A stretch of 64,000 bases of DNA from Eutreptiella sp. 'Long Island Sound 2002' (lineage: Eukaryota; Protista; Euglenida), in NCBI GenBank assembly GCA_964036045.1, contig OZ038378.1:140492001-140556000 (forward strand), read 5' to 3'. Made by a program: the position numbers and the translations under genes. Below, piece by piece: positions 24,405 through 37,620 of the stretch. Under the pieces are notes generated by a model. The model saw only the letters and a list, made by a program, of their open reading frames with translations, made no database searches and was not told the origin of the DNA. Each line of letters opens with the position of its first letter. Positions within the stretch are counted from its first letter, which is position 1.

Positions 24405-25764
24405 TTGGCAGCTCATTCCGTTGCTGACCGCACCTCCAGGCGTTGGGGGGGGACTTTGGGGAAGTTATGGAAGTTCACCATGGGGAGCCCGGGGAAGGGG
24501 AAGGGGGAGGTCCTTTCTGGATATTTGTTGCAGCAGTTCAGAGATGGAGCCTCGTCGTTCACGATGCGCGGGACGATCGCAGCCGTGCGGACAGCGGAGG
24601 ACATGGGGTGGATCCCTGCAACCGTGGCCCCGATTCACAGGCGACTTGCCAAGGGTGGGGGGGGGGGGGTCCTGAGTTCCAATTTTACCCCAGGTGTTGC
24701 GAGAAGCGGCTAGAAGAGGGTGGGGGGAACCGGGTGGGTGACCCTTGGTGGCTCTTATGTGCTTGTCCTGGTTTGCTTTCCTCCGGGTTGGTGAAGCCGC
24801 ATCCATACGGGTGGCGGATATTCGGGGGGAGAAAGCACTTGGATTTTGGGCTACCAAGAGGGGGTTGGTCAGAGATGGCGCAGGTGGTCGGAGTGGTCGA
24901 AGGCATGGGGGGGGGTACCTGCGCGATTACACCAAGGGTTGGGAGGGCGAAGAGAGGGTGGTTCCTAGGGGACCGCCGGTGTATGAGACTGCTTTGGCGG
25001 GGTTCCTTCAAGGGACAGAGTGGAAGGATGGGAGGTGGCATGGTCACCGCAAGGGGGGGGGGGGGGGGGCTGCGTGGGCACGTGGGCCGCCGGAAGCGTG
25101 GTTCACGTCCTTTGGGAGGTGGGAGGATAAACGCACGGCCATGGCGTATGCCAAGGATTTTCAGGATCCGAGGGTACTAGGCGACCTCCTCCTGCCGTGG
25201 CCCGGGGACGGGGACACTTTGGAGTTCCAGGACCCGGCGGCGAGCCAGGTTTGGGCGGGGGTGCAATTTGCATCAGAGAGGCTTGGAGGGGGGGGACAAC
25301 GGCGCGGGGGGGCGGACCTTGACTCGGATGACCCTGGCCCATCTGCAGGGGTTTCGCGATCCTCCAGGGCCAGGGGTCGCAAGGAGCGGAGTGCGGTTGT
25401 GGGGAGCGTCGAAGGAAGCAATGAGCGAGTATCGGGGGAGTCGACCTGCTCAGACGATGGGTCCCTCCCAGAACCCCCCCCCCCCCTTCCCCCCCAAGAC
25501 GTCCAAGGAGGCGGACAGCTGCCAGGGTTGGGAGGGCAAATGTGCGCTCAAATCCGAAGGCATCTGCCACCGGCAGGGGGGGGGGGGGGCAGGGCACCGA
25601 AACGTGACGACAAACCGCTGGCTGATCCCGCAGATTCCTTTGTGCTTGTGTTGCCGGCATGGGAAACAAATCCACAGCATCCAGTACCCCTAGTGACTGT
25701 CCCAGGCCCAAAAAGGGTATTGCCAAACCAAAGGCAGTCCCGAGCACTGTCTTGTTTGCTTTGA
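24405..25764 (+). mobile_element. Tyrosine recombinase of DIRS/VIPER/TATE type, frameshifted, with a low-complexity tail
   Basis: FLRVGE (R 24784), WATK, WHGHRKGG (H 25039, R 25048), FGRW (W 25120), AMAYAKD (Y 25147). An N-terminal core-binding-like helix YLLQQFRDGASSFTMRGTIAAVR lies in an upstream frame. Confidence 0.85.
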
Positions 25765-26485
25765 CTGCCAAGGCAAGCAAGGGTTCAAGGGCAAAGGCTT
25801 GATGCATTATGTGTTATTTGTATACTTATTTTGCTCTTTTTGGCTTCGAAACATCGGTCTGCAGACCGTTCTTTCAACGAAAAGCAGCATTTTTGCTGTG
25901 ATATGATCTGCTTTTCACATGGTCTGCTCTGTCGTACAAAGTCGTAGTGGTCCAGTCAAAAGTGTCATCCAGGGGCACATGCACCGTCGTCTTTTCTTGC
26001 CACAGTTCTCGAATGATTGGCGGAGGCTTGTGGTCCCCTCCGGCAGATATGTTGCTTTGGTTGGCCTTGCAAACAAATCAACTCGTCTCTGCATACTTCT
26101 CCCCCCCCCCCCCCCGTGCCCACAAACCCCTCCTCCCTACTGTCTGCCATCTCCTCCCACCCTTCCCTTGGCCCTGCAACGTGAGATGTGGTGGAGAGCA
26201 CCTCGTGAACCACACGCTCATGCAAACAATGCAAACAAAGAAGGGAGTGGTCGTCCTAGGGACAGTGCAATGTCGAGCAGTGGGACATATATCCCACTCT
26301 GACCTGCAAAACTGCACATTTCCTGTCCCACTCTTGATTGACACAAACGAGGTCTATGAACAACAACAGGTCATACAACAGGCACAGTACTGAACACCAG
26401 CTGCAACCCCCCCCCACCCGCACAGCGCGCGCCTGCATGCCCATTTCGCCTCCTGCCGCATTTTCCCCATGTAATGTTGCTTCAG

Positions 26486-26586
26486 GCCGCAGAGTTCCAT
26501 CCGGAATCGATGCCGTTCGATGTTGCGCAAAAGTGTTCCAAATTTACCAATGTCATCTTGAACGACGCCAGTCAGCATGGCACCAG
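26486..26586 (+). CDS. Putative host exon C
   Basis: Acceptor atgttgcttcag, donor CAG|gtgtct. Phase-0 start, peptide AAEFHPESMPFDVAQKCSKFTNVILNDASQHGT, ends in phase 2. Confidence 0.5.
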
Positions 26587-28299
26587 GTGTCTCTTGTCAC
26601 CCCCAATCTGCAATTCTTGGCCAATTAGCAGGTCTCCATGGCTGCCAATGTGGTGGCGAGCATTAACAAGTGGCGGCGCTTTGGCATTAGCGTTTAAATG
26701 GCCCGGTTTTCCCCTTAGCGGATTACGAGAAAAGTGTTAAAGTGTTTGTGATTTGGCAGGAAATGGTCGGAACACCAGGGCAAAACCAGGCAAAACAGGC
26801 AAAAACTGGGGAAAACCAGGGGAGAATAAAAGAACAAATGGGTACCAGGTGGCAAGAAACTCAGGGGTGAATTGGAAAATTGAGGGTTTCATGTAAAGGG
26901 ACAGGCATTGCGTTGAGGTCTAAGTTAGCTCCAGGAAAAGTGCCCTCCTCCAGCATATTTCCTTTTTTCTGTTGCTCCATTCTAGAATGTGGAAACGAAC
27001 ACTCTCCCCTGTGCTGCACACAACATAGTTTATTTTGTCCCCCCCAGTTCAATCACCATAGAAGAGTGGGTACATCCTCTCCCACAGAGACAATATCTGA
27101 ATCAGTGTTGACATCACCTGCATTTGTTGGTCGAGTGGTTTGTCAAGCTTGAGGAGATTCCCGTACTGACAACGAGAGGCAACAGGGAAGGTGGCCTTCA
27201 GGAAGCAGAAAACCTCACATGGGGTGTCGTATCGCAATGTGCCAATTGTTCGCTCAGACCAGAAGTATGAGACAAACACGGTGTTTGCACAAAGGTCATC
27301 AGGGGAGTTGCAGCAGCAGTATACCTACCTGCGATGAATTTTGTTGTCTCACATGGAGAGTACAGTGCATTAATGGAGTCCTTGGTTTAAAAAGTCCTGG
27401 ATTTACAAAACCTAAGTGGTGTATGAGAGTGCAGGAAGAGTCCAAAGTTGGTGTCCTACTGCAGTACCAGTATTGGTAGCTCCTCGTCGGTCTGAAAAAT
27501 AGCAATGAAAAGTCTGAAAATTTCAACAGTAGCAACAACACTACCAATCAGTCAATGTGACATACATTGCAGCGATGCATAGAAAAATTTCCAATTGTGT
27601 AAACATCAATGCATTCCAACAACTATTAATTGAATTGCATAAATCACAGGCACTACTGCGACAAAATCACGGATGTCCAACACAGAAATTAGTATATGTC
27701 AGCGTAGCTCATTATGTCATCCTACACAGCGCACGCTGTGAGGCCTGCGGCTCATCTATGGGCAACAGACTGGCATCCTGTGAAAATGCATCACGAAGCT
27801 TCCTCTCTTTTTTCAATCTTTTGAACTGCATCAATGCCATCGCTTCCACAGATTGTGTTTTGTTTTCAGCGCAACAAAACTTTGCAATGCAGGCACACAT
27901 TTGAGCATTCCAGCACAAAGGCAAACAGGAGTTGTGTGTCACAAACAAAGTGTGAATCACATATTTCACAACCCGACCCATGTGCCTGTGGCCGGTGACC
28001 CCCGTGTGGAGTGCCATCTGCTTTTCATACTTGACTCATGCCTTGGCACTTGTCCAAGCCCACTGCCAAGCAAGCTAGGAAGCCGGCGGCGCTTTCCCCC
28101 CTCACCCCCGAGCAGCGCTGTTAAGGGTGGTGCTGCATCCTCTAGTGGTTGTACGGCCACGCTACCTACCCTGTGCCCGCCCAGTGCACGTAGTGGGCGG
28201 CCTCTTTCTGCGCCCTAACGCCCATGGATGACCTGTGCCCCGGCGCCATTCGCCGCCAAAATATTTTCTTGAGAGCAAGGAACAGACGGTGCCGGACCG

Positions 28300-29640
28300 C
28301 TGGCCATTCCCAAGAGGGCACGATTATGGCTGCACGCCGTCTTGACCCCTTCCGGGTACGACCTTGGCTCCAACAGCGCTAGAGTGCATGAGGCCTTGGT
28401 GTGGTGCTACCCTGGCGCCTGTTTTGCACGCAGCCCCCAGCCCACCAGAATCCTTATGGCGGGGGCTAATGGAGATCATCCAAGGGGAAGCCGATGCCGC
28501 CCCCATCCAACTGGGGGCGTGGCCCCCTTCCTCAAGAGGCATCCCAGGCCACCAACCGGTCTGCTTCGACCTGCATGTGCAGGGGGCGAGGCAGTGGCTA
28601 CCGAAGCTCATTTGGCCCCCCTCCCGCATGAGACACGCAAGAAGGCCTCGCTAGTCTCCCCAATGGTGGCCCCCTTGCAGCAACGGTGGCTTGCTACGGT
28701 GACGGCGGGTGACGTGCACCGCCTCTGGGCCCTTTGGACTTTGGTGGCCGAGGAGATCCTTTTGGCCCTCTGGTGCCGTGTTTCAAGTCCGATCTTCGGG
28801 CCATTGAATCGCGACACCGTTGCCGGCGACACCTCCACATTGGCATGAGGGACCAGGGACAAACAGAGCCCTGAAGGTGGTCCGCCTGTGCCCCCGGCAG
28901 CTTCGGCCTAGGGCTACCGGACCACTTGCCCCCCTAGGTCACCAGCGAGCTCATGTGGCAGAAGAGCTGTGTGGCCCCCCGCATGGACCTCATCGGTAGG
29001 GTCTCGAGCCACACCATGCAATGTTAGGGGGATCACCATGGTGCTAACCGCACACAGTTGGCGCCGCAAGGCCGGCGGACGGCGCAAGGCTCTACGCCCC
29101 GCCTCTAGCCGCTTATTGAGGACCTGCCGGTGTGCCGCGAGCCATGGCTACATCCATGCTAAGTTGGCGGAAGCAATCTACCACCGGCAGGGCCAACCCA
29201 CGGAATAGGATCGCCGCGGCCCCGGCATCGCACATCCTGCCTCGCAACTGGGAACATGTCCTCCGTGGCCGGTGCCGTGCCTTGCCGCGCCACCACGCCC
29301 TAGGCCACGGCCTGGGTGTCGTCGTCGTAGCTTGACGACCCCAAGATATATACCCTACACCCTGGTGTGCTAACAGCCGCAGAGCCGCGGCGTCCGGCTC
29401 GTCCCCGGGGCCGATGTCCTCCACGTTGAGGGGAAGCGCCATGGCCACATAGACCTTGAGGCAGAGGGCGTCGAGCTACCGCTTGTAGGGTGTCGCGGAA
29501 GTTCACCGGGATCACCGATACCCCCCCAAACACGAATAGCCCTTGGAGATCCCACCCTCGTCCAACTTGGCAGCACCCATGCTCGACGCCACGGGGGGGA
29601 CGTCTCCTCGGTTCTGGTACGCGACTCCCCCCCCTCCCCC
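28300..29640 (-). mobile_element. Degenerate non-LTR reverse transcriptase fragment
   Basis: Ordered motifs on the minus strand: AKLD..ISKGY (A-like), DIGPGDEP (B-like), YDDDT at 29315-29329 (C-like), LFRGLAL (E-like). Several frameshifts. Confidence 0.5.
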
Positions 29641-30559
29641 CCCCCCTCCTGCCCTCCGGGCCCACTTACCCCCCCCCCCCTTGCGCAAGCACTGCCTTGT
29701 CTAAGCACATGAGCCCGTGCTACCGTTGTTTTGATGGAATTTTCTGACCATGGTTTTTATGGTCAGAAATATAACATTATGCGATTGTGCTTCGCTTGTA
29801 GAGGGAAAGGGGGGCTTGATCATGCTTGTGGTAGTTCCTCCTGCTCATACCCACATTCTGCTTGCAATTGCAACCCAATGATGTCCCCGTTGATGTGATT
29901 TTCAGCCATGGCTCATGTTGCTACACCTGGCATGGCTGTTACGTACATCCGGTCATGGGGAGGATGATGAAGTGCAGATTGTGTGGGCCAAAGCGGGCCG
30001 TGGGATTTGGGGCCTTGGCCATGTGTTTGAGGGCAAGCTTTACTTCACCAAAGATATTGTTGATGACAGTTTTGTCCCAAGGAATAGGAAGCCTAAACCC
30101 ATTCCAAAACCTGAAGCCAAGCCTGCCCCAAAGGCTGCCCCAAAGGGCAAGCATGTGCAATTGTTCAAGATGAGGCGCAAGGTGGGAAAGGGCTTCTATT
30201 CCACAGCTCCTGATGGCCCTGATGGGCAGTGAGGACCCCCAGAACTCGCTGAAATTTGCCTGCACATTGTGTTGTAGTGCCCTGTTGCGACAATTGTGCT
30301 TAGGGTGAGGTATGGGCAGGTTTCCGGTGACATACGTTCTTTTGGTACCGCGCGTCGCGCGCAAGCACGGCCTTGTCTAAGCACATGAGCCCGTGTTACC
30401 GTCGTTTTGCTGACTTTCAGCGTGCTTGCGCAAGGGGAGGGGGGGTAGTTGCCAAGGGTCAACAGCTACTGGCCATACATATGGTGGCACCAAAGGCGCC
30501 CGAAAATTTTTTTTTATTCCCCTTGCCCATTTTGTCCACTTTGCACCTCAACACTATCC

Positions 30560-30655
30560 TTGAAACCAACCTTGACTCTAATGCCCACCCCAACCCTCAG
30601 CCTACTCCTAACCCTACCCACAAACCTTACCCTTGACCCTAACCCTAATCAAGAC
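30560..30655. repeat. Degenerate interstitial telomere-like (CCCTAA)n tract
   Basis: ...cctaaccctacc...ccttacccttgaccctaaccctaat. Confidence 0.65.
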
Positions 30656-31673
30656 TGAATATTGGGACCGAGCTGGTGGGGGAGGGAACATCAGCTATGA
30701 CTGGTGAGGGACATCAAGAATGATTTACACATTGATGGCTCTTGACAAAGTGGAATCGGCTTGCAAGTGAACCCCATCACCATGAGGCCCACTTTCAAGG
30801 CTTTTTGGACTTCTGAGGGGCCAAAATACCCCAAAATGGGCTCAAAATGGGCTCATTTCACCCGTTTGTGCACCCCAAATGATCTAGGATGAGGTTTGGA
30901 AAAATGCGTTTTTGACCCATTTTTTACCCAATTTTGGTCCCAAAACAGCCCATTTCCAAGGCATTTTGGGATTTTCGGAGGACCAAAATGGGCCACCACA
31001 AGCTCAAAACGGTCCAAAAACACTTGTTTTAGCGTCGCACATGGTCGAGGATCATTTTTGAGAAAAGTCATCTTTTTGCCCGTACTGGACCCTGTTGACC
31101 CATTTGGGCACCCACCTGTTTGGGCTTGAGCTCGCAGCTTGCCGCAACCTAGTGGGCCTAGGTATGGGGGTCTAGACGTCCATTTGGGCAATTTTGAGGG
31201 GTGGAAACCACAAAAAGTGGGGGGTTGCAGGTGGAGTAGGTGCCCTCGGAATCGCATTTTGAGCCATGTAGCCAAAGATATGGCCTATTCTTGGTTTGTG
31301 GCTGTCGGCATTTGGAGCTTCTGGGGCCCTTTTTGGGCCGTTTCCACGACATATCATGGAGTTAGAGGGCTGCAAAGAGCTCGTTGACATGGGGAAGTCA
31401 AGCGGCACGTGGAGTGTACCCACCGTTTCCCTTTGTTTGGCCGTTTTGAATGTGTTCCAGGGCTTTTTAAGCCCAAAAATGGCTGTTTTTGGCCCTAAAC
31501 TGCAGTTTTTGAAACTGAGGTCCGCCACTTGCGAATCCCGTTCCCGGCCGCCACCATTCAGTTTCTTGCTCAAACTTTGTGTGATTGTACTTCACACCCA
31601 TAGGTATCATCCACCAAAATTTCACCCGAATCCGAAGCACCACGACGGAGTTCTGATTTTGGCCCATTTCGCG

Positions 31674-31735
31674 CGTGCTGCTTGCTGCTTGCTGCTTGCT
31701 GCTTGCTGCTTGCTTGCTGCTTGCTGCTTGCTTGC
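31674..31735. repeat. (GCTT/GCTGCTT)n microsatellite
   Basis: Directly visible. Confidence 0.9.
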
Positions 31736-31799
31736 TAAACCTGGTAGGTCCACCCTAGACACTAAAAAGGGTTATAAAACCAAGACTGGTTCCACCAGC

Positions 31800-31892
31800 T
31801 CGGTGACCCTAGCCCTAACTCTAGCTCTAACCCTAGCCCTGCCCCTAGCCCTAGCTCTCACCCGAGGCTCGGGTTAGAGTGAGTGTTGGGGT
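31800..31892. repeat. Degenerate (CCCTAA/CCCTAG)n tract followed by a short inverted GGGTTAG-like segment
   Basis: gaccctagccctaactctagctctaaccctagccctgcccctagccctag...gggttagagtgagtgttgggg. Confidence 0.65.
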
Positions 31893-32199
31893 CCAAAATG
31901 GAGAGCAATGATGCCCCCCCCCCCCGCCCCCCAACCCACCACCCCAAACCGCCCCACCTAGACCCCCCTCAGCCGACCCTCCCAACCCCCCCCCCCCTCG
32001 CCCCTCCCTGCACCCCACCCCCTCCAATCCCCCCCCCCCCGAAACAACACCCTGCCTTGCCGCCGGCTTAGTGCATGGTTCCCACACTTGTATGATCTTT
32101 TTCGGCGCATCTCTCATGCTATGTGGACCGAGCGGGCAGCGCCAAAGAGACCCCCCTCCCCACCAATGACCCCCCCCCCCCCCGAAGGGGGTGTTCACC

Positions 32200-32860
32200 A
32201 CGTGGAGGCACCAATGTGTGCAAACCTTGGCGCTAGCATCACTATGCCCTAGCCATGGCCCCCCCCAAAAGCCCTTAAATTGCGGTTGTTTAGATTGTTC
32301 TGTGGCAACGGACATTTTCTCAAAATGTCATTGTTTTGGAAACCCTTCTAACAACCGTAGTATGGGTTGGCGTGATGGTTTGGTGATAGCACGGGTTTGT
32401 GAGCACCCATGGGTACCACACATTGCCTTAGGCCCATGGCTATGGCGCCCTGAAAAGTCCCAAAATTTTATTGTTTCATTGTTTAGTGGCACTGAAAGGT
32501 ATTCAAAAATTTCAGTTTTTTCAAAACCATTCCGTCGTCCTTGGGATGGTTTTGGCTGGCATTTGGTGACAATACCGGTATTTGAGCACCCATGGGGATC
32601 CACATAGTGGCTAATGGGCCTATGTAGACGAGGCCATGGCCCCCCCAAAAGCCCCAAACTTGCTCGTTTTGCGGGTGTGCATTGTCACTCGAAATTTTCT
32701 GAACGTTTAACTTTTTTCAAAACCCTTTATTGCCCCTAGGATGGGGTTGGGTGATCATTGGGTGATAATAAGGGTACTCGAACACCCATGGGGACCAATG
32801 TACTGGCGGGTAGGCTCATGTAGCCCGATCCGTTGGCCCTCCAAAAGCCCCAAAGTTGAT
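32200..32860. repeat. Degenerate tandem repeat of about 190-200 bp, about 3.3 copies
   Basis: catggcccccccaaaagccc-like anchors at about 32253, 32440, 32634 and 32833. gagcacccatggg recurs. Confidence 0.8.
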
Positions 32861-33939
32861 GGTGTATGGTGTTCAGTTGACAATCACCCCGAAGAGGGTT
32901 GTTACCTTAAGCGCTGCCGTAGGTGCATGTATCCCTCAATTCTAGGATCATTGGTGTAGCATACCCCGAGAGATGGTGCTGGATGCGTAACCCCTAATAA
33001 ATCATCATTTTGGGTGACGCCAGGATCCCCCGAAGAGTTTTTCAACTCTGAACCCCCCCCTCCTTCCCGGGCACCTCGGTTGTGGGGTGTGTGGAGGGAG
33101 TTGGGGGGTTCTTTGCATGTTCCGGCCATTGTGCGTACATTTGGAACTCGGTCCTCTAGAACCTTTTTTTTGTTTTTAGACCCCATGGTGGGGGTCCCGG
33201 GTCTAGACTCCGGGTAACCGTCGCCCCCCCCCCCCCCCCCATGGGACCTTGATCAGGCCTTTGCCGTTTTTAGGTTTGTTGGGCTAGCATGTGTCGGTTG
33301 CTAATAGTTGAAAATTCACCTTTCTGTGAAATCCTTCTGTCACCCGTCCGATGGCTTTGGGTGATTGTTTGGTGACAATGTGTGTAATCAAGCACCCGCA
33401 AGTAGCCATGTAGTTGCCAGTATGCTCCATGTAGCCTTAGCTAGGGGCACTGCAAAAGCCCCGGAATCGTTGTTGTTTACATTTTTTCATGCTATCTGGG
33501 AAATCACCTTTGCAGAGGTTGTTAGATCAAAGCTAGGTAGGCCTGCAAAAAGGGGAAACCGCGACCTACCCTATCATTTTGGGCCTTTTTGGGCTTAGTC
33601 GCGTACCCCACCCCAAGGGGTTGAATTGTTGGTTTCACCCCTTCTAAGATCATCATTTTGTCCAATAAACGCATCCCCCAACGAGACTTTGGTCTGGACC
33701 CCACCCCCCATTGAAACCCACTTTTTTAAGGCATCATGAGGGGTGGGGGGGGTCGAAAATGTCGAAAAGATGACTTCCCCCCCTGTTTTGTGTCCGAAAT
33801 CATGAATCTTCTAGTTTTTTTCGGCTTTGAGTTGAAAAAGTGTTTCCGGATCCCAACTCCATGGGGTTTGTATCGGGCAGAGTGAGACAAGCGCTCATGC
33901 GGTTCCGGCCATTTTTGCTATGTTGGTGGTTTTGGTGGC

Positions 33940-34370
33940 CTCGGGGACCCGTGGTACCGACTCTGAAGGGTGCAAGCAGGGATGTTGTGGCAGTATATGC
34001 CTACTAGGATACGAAAAGACTTTTTTTTTGCAATCTCTAGCCTTGCCGAGGGCTGCTCAAGACCCGTGCGAAAGACGCGAAATTACTGTTTTCTACCAAT
34101 CATGGCTTACATGAGGAATGGGCCGGTGCACAACTTGCTGATGTAGTTTTCCACCGTGGGCAGCTCAAAAGTCAAAGTTTCCGATGCTTTTTTTTTGTGA
34201 TTTCGTGACCACACAAAATGACCATCCAACCTATGTAAAGCATGTTTTTGGGCATTTTTTGTCCGCTATTCACCTTATTTGGGTATTGATTGCGGGGGGG
34301 GGGGTCTCCCAAGGAATTGGTACACAACCGGTTTATATATTTTTTCACCCTGGGCACCTCAAAAATGGAA
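33940..34370 (+). repeat. Partial copy of the 10.1-11.15 kb foldback family (spacer plus right-arm unit)
   Basis: Shares gtggtacc.actctga.ggg...cctactaggatac, gaatgggccggt.cacaac and aatgaccatccaa..tatgtaaagcatgtttt. Confidence 0.8.
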
Positions 34371-34899
34371 GTTGTGGCCCATTGAGCTCAAGTTAAAGAC
34401 CCCCCCACCTTCGCCATGGCCCCTCGAGTTGGGGTTAGGGACTCCCACACTTCAATGTGGCCCTTGAGGTGCGGTGATGGACTCCCATGTTTCGTTGTGT
34501 TTTGGCTCGCAAGAAAAAGGCTACATTTCGCATTTGCCAAATTCACTGCAAATGTGCATCACACCTTAACCTCAACCCCCCCCCCCCCTTCCCCCCACCT
34601 TTACCTTTGCGATTAATGTTGCAAGCTCCAAAGTGCAGACAAAGTGCAGCTTTTGCGCTCCGAATTTGTATGTTAAACCACCCCCACTAATCGTTGACCG
34701 GAGGCACCTACCACAAGGAGGGAATTGTCACATGGAGTGAACATTTTTGGTCAATGTGCAATGCAATTGTTGTTATGGGTGATGGTAATGTCATTTTTGG
34801 TCAATGTGCAATCCAATTGTTGTGATGGGTGACGGTAATGTCATTTGTGATTTTGGGTAGTGATGATCCGAGTTGGACACATGCATTTTCTGCACTTCC

Positions 34900-35611
34900 T
34901 TTTTTGACGTAAACAAGGTAAGTCTTGAGAGGGGTCAACCACGCCCCGATATATTTTGCTTGTGTGTGCCGCATAATTGTAGTGGTGGGGTGTGCAATGC
35001 AACACCAAAATTGTCAAGTGTACCATTTGCGAAGCGGTGTAACGTGTGTGGCGTAGGGAAACACAAACAACATTGGCGAGTGTTCGTGCATAACCCGTGT
35101 ACCGTTCCACAAACTACAATGGACAAGTTTATGCTTCCAGATCGTCCCCATCAGCAAGCCTCAGATTATAGGCTTGTTTCGGGCGGAATGTTTTCGCATT
35201 GGATCTGCGCATGCAACTACTTGGTGCATTTGAAGCGAATGTTTTGACATAGCTCCGTTGTGCAAATAGTACATTGGTTTGAGGAATGAACGGTGTGGTG
35301 TGTATGTGCTGAATTTCATCGCATTAACACCACAATTGTTTTGTGAAATTGTTTGTGCCTTGCTTGTATACTTTCATGTGCATATGTTCCGTCCTAAAAT
35401 TGTTTACACGTTTATGAGAGCAACCAGCCATGATTGGCAATATGTTAGAGTACGGGATGAAGCCCATTTTGGCTCCAAATTTGGGCCAGATAGACAGAAT
35501 GGTGCTTTTGATTGGAAGGCACTACCATGTATGAACACAACAACCACCCCATCAACGTGTTGATGGCATTTAAACTCATTAAAATAATACTTTACCAACA
35601 ACAACAACGAC

Positions 35612-35672
<61 letters not shown>

Positions 35673-37620
35673 GCAACAATTATACTAAACACACAAATAG
35701 TTTCTTGGAAGTGGAGTCCACAAAAGATCCAGCACAAGCACGCATGTATAGCATTCCATAGCTTCCCAGATGATCTGTATGACAAACAAACGATGTGTGC
35801 ATGTGTATGCCAAGTTCTTCCAAACAATCAGTTGCTGAACACATACAAAACAACCACCACCGTGCTGTGCGGATTATCAAGCAGCCGATGTAGATGTTGT
35901 TACGCATGATGTGTTGCCCTCTATGTACGACACTATATGTGCCGACCCGAATGATTGTTCTCAGAGGGTTGTGTTACTAGTGTGGAACACAAATACTTTT
36001 GTGGCCATGGAGAAGAATGTCAACACCTTTGTTGCATCCCCCATGCCCCGTGTGTTGTGCCAAGGTAGTTCCTTTGTCGATGACGAGGTCAATGAGGCAC
36101 ATGTTGAGAGGGGCCAACCACGGCCCGTTATATTTTTTGCGTGTGGTGCACAAGTGTCATGGTGGAATGCGCAATGCGGCACCAACTTTATCGTGTGTAC
36201 CATATGCAAAGCGCTAGGAGGTGTCAACTTGTACGCGTACGGTGAATAAATGTGCAAAGTGGTAACATATGTGCACATGTACGTTTGTGATGCACGGCAA
36301 AGCAAAATGGGGCCATTTTCTTGTGTGCCACAGCGATGTTAACCGCATGATTGGGTCGTTGTGCAATGCAATTGATTTTCTGGGTATAACAATGTCCTTT
36401 GTGCTCTTTGGCAGCAATGATCCAACTTAGACACAATGCATTTCATGCAGTTCCTCGACAATGTAAATATCATATGAGGTAAATGTTGAAGGGGGGCAAC
36501 CACGACCCAAAGTAGTTTGCTTGGTCTGTGTTGCATTATTGTAGCGGTCGTAACTTTTTTGCAGCACCCGCAGGTCTGGTGCGTTGCCCAATGATAGTGC
36601 AACCTCCTTTTTCGACGAGAATGTCAATCGGGTAAGCGTAGAGAGGGGCAAACCACGGCAGAGGGGCAAACCACATTTTTCTTGCATGTGGTGCAGAATT
36701 GTAGCGGTGGAATGCACAATGGGGCACCAAAATGGTCCTATGTACCACGGGCATGAGGTTGTATCTACAATGTGGTGCAATGGTACAATGTGGTCTCTTT
36801 GCAGCCCTCCTTTTGTTTACACCATGCACATGAGGGGTTTATATTTGCTCTAATTTGGCAATTATCGAGTCACTGTGTGTTTGCCATCAGTATTTAGTGT
36901 CCATGAATGCTTGCATAAATTGTGTGTCATGGCAAGATTATCGTGGGTTGTATTAGAGATGCTCATAAAATGTTGGATTAATACCATCGCCCGTTGGCTT
37001 GTGCATTTCCGTTGCCTTGTGCTTAGGTACAAAATTTGTTGTTCGTTTACGGGTTACCCAATGCATCGAAAAAGAAGTGCATAAAATGCATGATGTGTCA
37101 CTCAAACCAATGCGCTTACATGCACCTTTGTAACAGCAACTAGTTGTTTCTTTTTCCTCCCTTCATTTCCGCCGTGGCTGCTATACACCAACAAACTATT
37201 GCTCCTGCGGGTTATATGATGGCATAGCATTCCATCTGTGGTGCCTTTTGTTTCTTCAAACATTCATTGCAAATTTGGTTGTAACTCATTGTGTTTTTTC
37301 AATTTTCACCGCAGATTTCGTTTGCATTGTGCGTTGTCTTCCTTTGACAACAATTACAAATTGCGTTCGGCACAAAGTCATCAAGGGGGGTTGCATATTG
37401 ACCAAACGCAATGGTGCAAAGGCTGGCACATATGGTGACTCAAACCCAAGTGTCGCCCTATTGTTATTATTCTCATATAAGGTAAGCATTGAGAGGGGTC
37501 AACCGCGGCCCAATGTATTTGGCCCACATGTGTTGCATAACAGTTGTGGGATGTGCAATGCGACACCAAAATTGTTGTGTGTACCATTTGCGAAGCGGTG
37601 GCACGTGTGATGTGTAGCAA
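34900..37620. repeat. Dispersed AT/GT-rich repeat family with the anchor gagaggggYcaaccac
   Basis: Anchor at about 34928, 36107, 36490, 36641 and 37492, with similar downstream sequence. Confidence 0.7.
35596..35679. repeat. (CAA)n microsatellite
   Basis: Directly visible. Confidence 0.95.

Noticed and set aside
35404-35827. Poly-Leu and poly-Val ORFs
   Set aside because: These are translations of the (CAA)n tract.
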